Below are positions 58,533-64,000 of a DNA stretch of 64,000 nucleotides, piece after piece. The notes under the pieces are model-generated. The model saw nothing but the letters and a program-made list of their open reading frames with translations. It was not told where the DNA came from and ran no database searches. Source of the stretch: Myxococcales bacterium (GTDB lineage Bacteria; Myxococcota_A; SURF-8); NCBI GenBank assembly GCA_003598065.1, contig QZKR01000084.1, positions 1,365 through 65,364 of the forward strand, written 5' to 3'. The position numbers and the translations under genes were made by a program. The number at the start of each line of letters is the position of its first letter. Position 1 is the first letter of the stretch.

Positions 58533-59936
58533 TCAGCCGGTGGTTTCGCGGCGCTTCCGGAGATGTTGTTTGGCCACGGTCGAGAGAATGATCGCCGCGC
58601 CCAGACCGGCAGGAATGAGCATATAAGGCAGCTTGCCGAACAGGGCGAAGACGAAAATCATGAAGATGAAGAAATCACGCTTGGCTACATACTTCAATGC
58701 GGCCATGAAACGCACGACAAATCGGTTGTCCTGCAGACTGTCGGACTTGTTGAACTCGTAATCGATGGCCATGACGTCGCCGCTCTTGGTGTATAGGATG
58801 ATGTAAGAGTACATCAGCGGCGTGATGACGGCGTAACAGGCGAGAGTGAGCACGCCTAAAACCCATAGCCACCCCGGTTCCGCCCTGCCTTGGAAGATCG
58901 CGTAGGTGAGCGCGGCGAAAAACGAGAAATTGCTGATGTCGTCGATCACCGTGTCGATCCATTCGCCGTACTTGGAGAATTGATATTTGAGCCGCGCCAG
59001 CTCGCCGTCCACGCCATCGACGATCGAGGCGAATTGAAACAAGGCCGCGCCCAGCAGCATCCACCAGTACCCGCCGTGCGTCACCATCCAGACGGCGACG
59101 AAGGCGAACAGCAGCGTCGAAGCCGAGGCCATGTTGGGCGTGACGGGCGTATTGGCCAGATAACGCGAAATGGGGATCGAAATGTTGCGGTTGATGGTGC
59201 GGCTGATGACGCCGTCGATGGGCTTGCGTAGAGCGTTCAGCAATCGCTTTTCGGCGTCGGCGATGTCGGCCCGGCGGCCCACGGCCAACCCCCATGAGGA
59301 ATCGACGGTCGTCCATTCCACGCCGCCGGCCTGAGCGGCCTGATCCAGCGCGTCGATCAGTCGGCCCCCGGATTCCTGGAGGCGCGTCAGCAAGCCTTTG
59401 GAAATCAACCCCGCTCCCTCGAAAGGCCGGCGAACGCCTTTCGGCAGCCGCACCCGCCAGCGTTCGTCCTCCTGATAGGTTTCGGCGGCTTCCCAGCGGC
59501 TGCTGGTTGGGGCTATGGCCAGGCGCGCCTCGACTTCCAGCGGCTTGGCGGCCAACGCCTTCAGGTACGCGGCCGGCGACACCCAGTCGCTGCGACAGAT
59601 GAAAGCCGGCCCGGACAAAGCGGCGGCGGCGCGCATCAGAGCCGTTTCGGCCGGCAAGGTTCCGCCGTAGAAATGGAACGTGGTTCGGTGGGTGATGCGA
59701 AAGTCGCTTTTCACCGCCGCCTCTGCCGCGCGCCAACGCTCCGGGAGCACGACAACGGAATTCTGGACGCCCGCGTCCTGCAACTGACGCAGCGTGCGGA
59801 CGATGAGCGGCGCGCCAAGCAGCCTGAAAAGAGGATCGACCGAGGCCTCGGGAGTTTCCGGTGGAAGCGCGAAGGCGATCTCGGGCGCCGTCACCAGCGC
59901 CTCGCCGATCGACGTGGCCAGTTCGGGAGTAGTCAT
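58533..59936 (-). CDS. CDP-alcohol phosphotransferase (DIPPS-like) fused to degenerate NTP-transferase domain
   Basis: DGVISRTINR, TPN and DGVDGELAR..GEWIDTVID; the N-terminal domain lacks the GxG motif. Confidence 0.85.
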   Translation of the reverse strand: MTTPELATSIGEALVTAPEIAFALPPETPEASVDPLFRLLGAPLIVRTLRQLQDAGVQNSVVVLPERWRAAEAAVKSDFRITHRTTFHFYGGTLPAETALMRAAAALSGPAFICRSDWVSPAAYLKALAAKPLEVEARLAIAPTSSRWEAAETYQEDERWRVRLPKGVRRPFEGAGLISKGLLTRLQESGGRLIDALDQAAQAGGVEWTTVDSSWGLAVGRRADIADAEKRLLNALRKPIDGVISRTINRNISIPISRYLANTPVTPNMASASTLLFAFVAVWMVTHGGYWWMLLGAALFQFASIVDGVDGELARLKYQFSKYGEWIDTVIDDISNFSFFAALTYAIFQGRAEPGWLWVLGVLTLACYAVITPLMYSYIILYTKSGDVMAIDYEFNKSDSLQDNRFVVRFMAALKYVAKRDFFIFMIFVFALFGKLPYMLIPAGLGAAIILSTVAKQHLRKRRETTG

Positions 59937-59954
59937 GTTTCAGTCCTTAGGCGT

Positions 59955-60716
59955 TCAGTCGGGAAAGCGAATCAGGCCTTTGTCGAGCATCATCTCGGCG
60001 TGGCGCAGGGTCTCGACCGTGTCGGCGTCCTGCCACAGGGCCGCGCCGACGTCGAAATATCCGAAGCGGCCGGCCTCGCCCAGGCGGCGCATGCCGTCGG
60101 AAAGCGAGCAGTCGCCTTTTTCCGCAAAAGCCGCCGACAGCGTGCCGAAAATTTCGGGCAGGCAGGAGAAAAGCCCGATATCGACGGCGTTGTAGTCGGT
60201 CAGATTCTTGCCGATGGCGACAATCCGTTCGCCCTCCGTTTTGACCTTCGTTGCGTCGTCGAGGTCGAACACCTGATCGATTTTGCGGTCGATGCAGAGG
60301 CGGACGGCCATGTCGCGGGGACCCTCGGCCACGAGCGACGCCACGATGCCGAGGTCGAAGGCGTGGTCGGACATGGACAGCAAGAAAGGCTCCTCCACGA
60401 GCGGTTCGGCGGCGAGCGCCGAGACGCCATTGGCCAGATCGTCCCATCGCGGGTTGTAAATTGTATCGACCTTGATTTTCAGCTGCGGACCCAGCATGTG
60501 GACGAGGGTTTCAACGCGCTCCCGCAGATAGCCGGTGACGACCACGACGCGGCGGATGCCAGCCTTGGCCAGCGTGCGGATGACGCGGGCGATCATCGGC
60601 TGGCCTTTCAGGGGGATCAACGGCTTGGAAATCGGCGCGCCGTCCACGGAGAGAGACTGAATACGGCTGCCCCAGCCGGCCGCGAGAATCACCGCCGCTT
60701 CGCACCTCGCCGCCAT
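59955..60716 (-). CDS. IPCT-like (inositol-1-phosphate) cytidylyltransferase
   Basis: AVILAAGWGSR, NGVS, MSDH, DDATKV, IGKNL..VDIGLF and WQDADT. Confidence 0.8.
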   Translation of the reverse strand: MAARCEAAVILAAGWGSRIQSLSVDGAPISKPLIPLKGQPMIARVIRTLAKAGIRRVVVVTGYLRERVETLVHMLGPQLKIKVDTIYNPRWDDLANGVSALAAEPLVEEPFLLSMSDHAFDLGIVASLVAEGPRDMAVRLCIDRKIDQVFDLDDATKVKTEGERIVAIGKNLTDYNAVDIGLFSCLPEIFGTLSAAFAEKGDCSLSDGMRRLGEAGRFGYFDVGAALWQDADTVETLRHAEMMLDKGLIRFPD

Positions 60717-60810
60717 GCGCACCTCCTTCGCCGTTTGCCGATGGTGTCCCCCGGGCGTGGCCCTTCATTAGCGGGCGGGGGACGGTTTGTCAAGATTCCG
60801 CCGGCCTACC

Positions 60811-63800
60811 TCATTCGTCTCCGACGCAAAGAGTCCAGGCGTAATTGTTTTTGGCCAGTTTCTGCAGCTTTCCTTCTCCGAAATCGACCGTGAGCGCCAT
60901 ATCGGGCTGAAGCGGATAGGAGGTGGAAGACCAGTAGACTTCTTCGAACAGCGGATCGATCACTTCACTGTGGGCGGCCGGCCACTGGCGCGCGTAATCG
61001 ACGAGCGAATGCAGTTCCTTGATGTTCGGCAGCCGCCATTGCGTATATCCGCCGTGCTGGCTCTGTTCGCAATCGGCCAAGGCGAATTCCCAGGTCGTCG
61101 TGTACGGCGTGGCCGTCGCGCCGCTTTGCCACTTCAGGCCAGTGTAGTTGTCCACCGTCCAGTAAGTTGACTTCGTGTAGCGCTCGGCCGGGTGGCCCGG
61201 CTGATAGAACATGTTGCGCACGCAGCGGACGTGCAAAGCTATTGTGGCGTTGGCCGGCTCGACGAGAATCTCTCCGAAATGGACGTTCCATGCCATGGTC
61301 TCGCCGGTTGTGATGAAGCGCTGGCTGGACCAGAACGGCGTCAATGTCGATGTCCCGGGAAAGTACGTAGTTTCGACGAACGGCGAATTGCCTTTGATGC
61401 TCAGAAGCGATACGAGTTCCGTGACCGTCGGAATGCGCCAGTCGTCGAAGCCGGCGTACTGGAGACCATCGCAGTACAGAATCGCCTCGGTCCATGAACA
61501 TGTCCCCGGAGACGTGTTGATGCAGCCCGTAGGCGCTTCGGGAAGTTCTCCTTGCCAGGCTAGACCGGTTGTTTCGTCGTAGACGACCTTTTCCGGGGAC
61601 TGGCGTTGCGCGTATCGGAGGGGAGCGGAGCTGTACTGCGCGTCCTGGCCGCAGCCGGAATTCTGATAGCAAGCGGCCTGCTCAGGGGAACTTGGGCAGT
61701 GCATCCAGTCGGAAGGCACGGTGGCCCGATAACATTCCTCCTGGCCGGTGTCGGGGAGGAAGCCGCAGGATCCTGCGCATGTCGAGCAGGCGATGGGGTC
61801 GGTGTAAGGGACGAAATACTGGCCCCCGACGCAGCCACAGGTAGCGGTGTCGTCGAAGCGTTCGTAACAGGCGTCCGCGCCATTGGGGATGCACGGATCC
61901 GGGTCACAAGGGTCCTGCGTGCAGGTGGCGCCGTCGGCGGAGAAATGCCAGCCGTCGGCGGCGTCGCAAAGGCAGTCGGCGCTGCCGGCGGCGTTGTCGC
62001 ACACCTCGTGGTTGGCGGCGTTGCAGGGATCGGGGTCGCAGGGGTCCTGCGTGCAGGTGAGGCCGTCGCTGGACAAGTGCCAGCCGTCGGCGGCGTCGCA
62101 GACGCATTCGGCTACACCGAGGTTGTTCTGGCAGATTTCATGATTGCCGGGATCGCAGGGGTCGGGATCGCAGGGATCCTGGGTGCAAGTAACGCCATTG
62201 CTCGACAGATGCCAGCCGTCGGCGGCGTCGCAGACGCACTCGGCGGCGCCGCCGTTGTCCTGACAGACTTCATGGTTGCTGTCGTTGCACGGGTCCGGGT
62301 CGCAGGGATCCTGCGTGCAGGTGACGCCGTCGGCGGAGAGATGCCAGCCATCGGCGGCGTCGCAGAGGCATTCGAAGCCGGCGACCGGCAAGGGACTGCA
62401 CACTTCATGGTTGCCGGCGTCGCAGGGATCGGGGTCGCAGGGATCCTGCGTGCAGGTGACGCCGTCGCCGGACAGATGCCAGCCGCCGGCGGCGTCGCAG
62501 ATGCAGTCGGCCGCGCCGCCGCCGTTGTCGCAGACCTCGTGGTTCGCGTCGTTGCACGGATTGGGGTCGCAGGGATCGTCGGTGCAGGTGACGCCGTCGC
62601 CGGACAAATGCCAGCCGTTGGCCCCGTCGCAAACGCAGACGGCGTTCCCGGTGGTGTTTTCGCAGACCTCGTGGTTCCGGTCAGTGCAGGGGTTGGGATC
62701 GCAAGGATCGTTGGTGCAGGTGACGCCGTCGCCGCCGAGGTGGTAGCCGGCCGCCGCGTTGCAGGCGCAGGCGCCATTCTCGCAAACCTCGCTGATGGCA
62801 TCGCAGGGGTCGGGGTCGCAGGGGTCCTGCGTGCAGGTGACACGGTCGCTCGACAGGTGCCAGCCGCCGGCGGCGTCGCAGACGCACTCGGCCGCGCCGA
62901 GGTTGTTCTGGCAGATTTCATGATTGCCGGAATCGCAGGGGTTGGGGTCGCAAGGGTCCTGCGTGCAGGTTTCGCCGTCGCCGGCCAAGTGCCAGCCTTC
63001 GGCGGCATCGCAGTCGCAAGCCGCGGTCGTGCTGTCGGTGTTCGCGTTGCACACTTTGTGGTTGGCTGCGTCGCAAGGGTTCGGGTCGCAGGGATCCGTG
63101 GTGCAGGTTTTCCCATCGCCGGAGAGATGCCAGCCGTTGGCGGCGTCGCAGAGGCATTGCGGCGTGTCGGCCGTGTCCGAAACCTTGCAGATCTCGTGAT
63201 TGTCCGGATCGCAGGGGTTGGGATCGCAAAGGTCGGTGGTGCAGGTCTGGCCGTCGCCGCCGCGATGATAACCGGCGGCTGCGTCGCAATTGCAAAGCGC
63301 CGCGTCGGGCGCGTCCGCCGTCGGGTCCGGTTCGCAGATTTCGTGATTGGCGGCGTCACAGGGGTCCGGGTCGCACGGGTCCGTGGTGCAGGTTTGGCCG
63401 TCGCCAGCGAGATGATAGCCGTTGTCCTTGTCGCAGACGCACTGGCCGTCCACGCAAATCTCGAAGTTTTCGGCGTCGCAATCGACTTCAAAGCAGGGAT
63501 CGCGGACGCAGGTCTCGCCGTCCTTGTCGCGTGTGTAGCCGTGGATTGCGTCGCAGACGCATTCCCCTTCCAGACAGACCTCGTGATTGTCGGCGTCGCA
63601 TTCGCCGGGCGCGCAGGTTTTATCGCCGCAGGACTCACGGCAGATGCTGACGCCGCGCTCAGGTTCCTGGCAGCACAGCCTGCCCGGGTCGCAGGCGTCG
63701 TCGCCTTCACAGGATCGGGCCTCCACGACCATGAGCGCCATGGAGGGGTCGTAATCGTCCAGCGACATGGACTCGTTGTATTCCAGTTCATCGCAGGCCA

Positions 63801-64000
63801 AAGACAGCGGCTGGTCGGCGACGGCGACGGAGACGGCGTAGCTGCCCACCTCTTCCAGCAGCAGATCCCAGGCCATGCCGCTGGAATGCCAGGCGCGGTC
63901 GGTGTCCAGGTTATGGGCGCGCCAGCAGAAGGCGAGGGAATCGTTTTCCTGGTCCAGGCTGCCATGGGCGCTCAGATGGACGGTGTTGCCGGCCGCCGTG
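60811..64000 (-). CDS. Giant Cys-rich EGF-repeat protein with two C-terminal DUF1566 (Lcl-type) domains; 5' end outside window
   Basis: Frame is open to the window end (PKD-like TVHLSAHGSLDQENDSLAFCW); DTGQ, DETTGLAWQ..DWRIPTVTEL and DNYTGLKWQ..WRLPNIKEL. Confidence 0.85.
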   Translation of the reverse strand, partial: TAAGNTVHLSAHGSLDQENDSLAFCWRAHNLDTDRAWHSSGMAWDLLLEEVGSYAVSVAVADQPLSLACDELEYNESMSLDDYDPSMALMVVEARSCEGDDACDPGRLCCQEPERGVSICRESCGDKTCAPGECDADNHEVCLEGECVCDAIHGYTRDKDGETCVRDPCFEVDCDAENFEICVDGQCVCDKDNGYHLAGDGQTCTTDPCDPDPCDAANHEICEPDPTADAPDAALCNCDAAAGYHRGGDGQTCTTDLCDPNPCDPDNHEICKVSDTADTPQCLCDAANGWHLSGDGKTCTTDPCDPNPCDAANHKVCNANTDSTTAACDCDAAEGWHLAGDGETCTQDPCDPNPCDSGNHEICQNNLGAAECVCDAAGGWHLSSDRVTCTQDPCDPDPCDAISEVCENGACACNAAAGYHLGGDGVTCTNDPCDPNPCTDRNHEVCENTTGNAVCVCDGANGWHLSGDGVTCTDDPCDPNPCNDANHEVCDNGGGAADCICDAAGGWHLSGDGVTCTQDPCDPDPCDAGNHEVCSPLPVAGFECLCDAADGWHLSADGVTCTQDPCDPDPCNDSNHEVCQDNGGAAECVCDAADGWHLSSNGVTCTQDPCDPDPCDPGNHEICQNNLGVAECVCDAADGWHLSSDGLTCTQDPCDPDPCNAANHEVCDNAAGSADCLCDAADGWHFSADGATCTQDPCDPDPCIPNGADACYERFDDTATCGCVGGQYFVPYTDPIACSTCAGSCGFLPDTGQEECYRATVPSDWMHCPSSPEQAACYQNSGCGQDAQYSSAPLRYAQRQSPEKVVYDETTGLAWQGELPEAPTGCINTSPGTCSWTEAILYCDGLQYAGFDDWRIPTVTELVSLLSIKGNSPFVETTYFPGTSTLTPFWSSQRFITTGETMAWNVHFGEILVEPANATIALHVRCVRNMFYQPGHPAERYTKSTYWTVDNYTGLKWQSGATATPYTTTWEFALADCEQSQHGGYTQWRLPNIKELHSLVDYARQWPAAHSEVIDPLFEEVYWSSTSYPLQPDMALTVDFGEGKLQKLAKNNYAWTLCVGDE
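61810..63615 (-). repeat. Coding tandem repeat: 13 full plus 1 degenerate 6-Cys units of about 39-49 aa
   Basis: Consensus DPCDPxPCxxxNHEVC...CxCDAAxGWHLSxDGxTCTQ, counted in the translation. Confidence 0.9.

Noticed and set aside
61810-63615. Regular repeats as a CRISPR array
   Set aside because: The repeats are in-frame coding units with synonymous variation, with no repeat-spacer structure and no cas genes.

Overview
GC-rich bacterial chromosomal segment with about 50 protein genes. No rRNA, tRNA, CRISPR array, transposase or integrase was recognised. The gene content points to a Myxococcota/deltaproteobacterial-type diderm (inference): cdnL/carD-ispDF-cysS, a J-domain/TPR protein next to a DnaK paralog, an MXAN_2561/2562-like pair, a zinc-ribbon double-FHA protein, and Cys-rich lipoproteins with acidic DGDxD linkers. 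Housekeeping and metabolic genes include cysS, feoAB, pepT, fbaB, truA, rarA, dgt, ubiB-like and nrfHA. The best candidate for an undescribed system is a five-cistron minus-strand operon at 53008-57500. It has its own candidate promoter, a 55-aa stub of a GlmL/MutL-like actin-fold ATPase, a DUF6754-type protein and three tightly coupled uncharacterised membrane proteins. Other notable items are a TetR-led SGNH-esterase/lipoprotein/beta-barrel operon, an IPCT plus pseudo-IPCT/DIPPS pair, a CXXCH-type NrfA, a long structured leader before an OFA transporter, and a giant EGF-repeat/DUF1566 surface protein cut by the window end. All family names come from motif recognition by eye; no database search was run.
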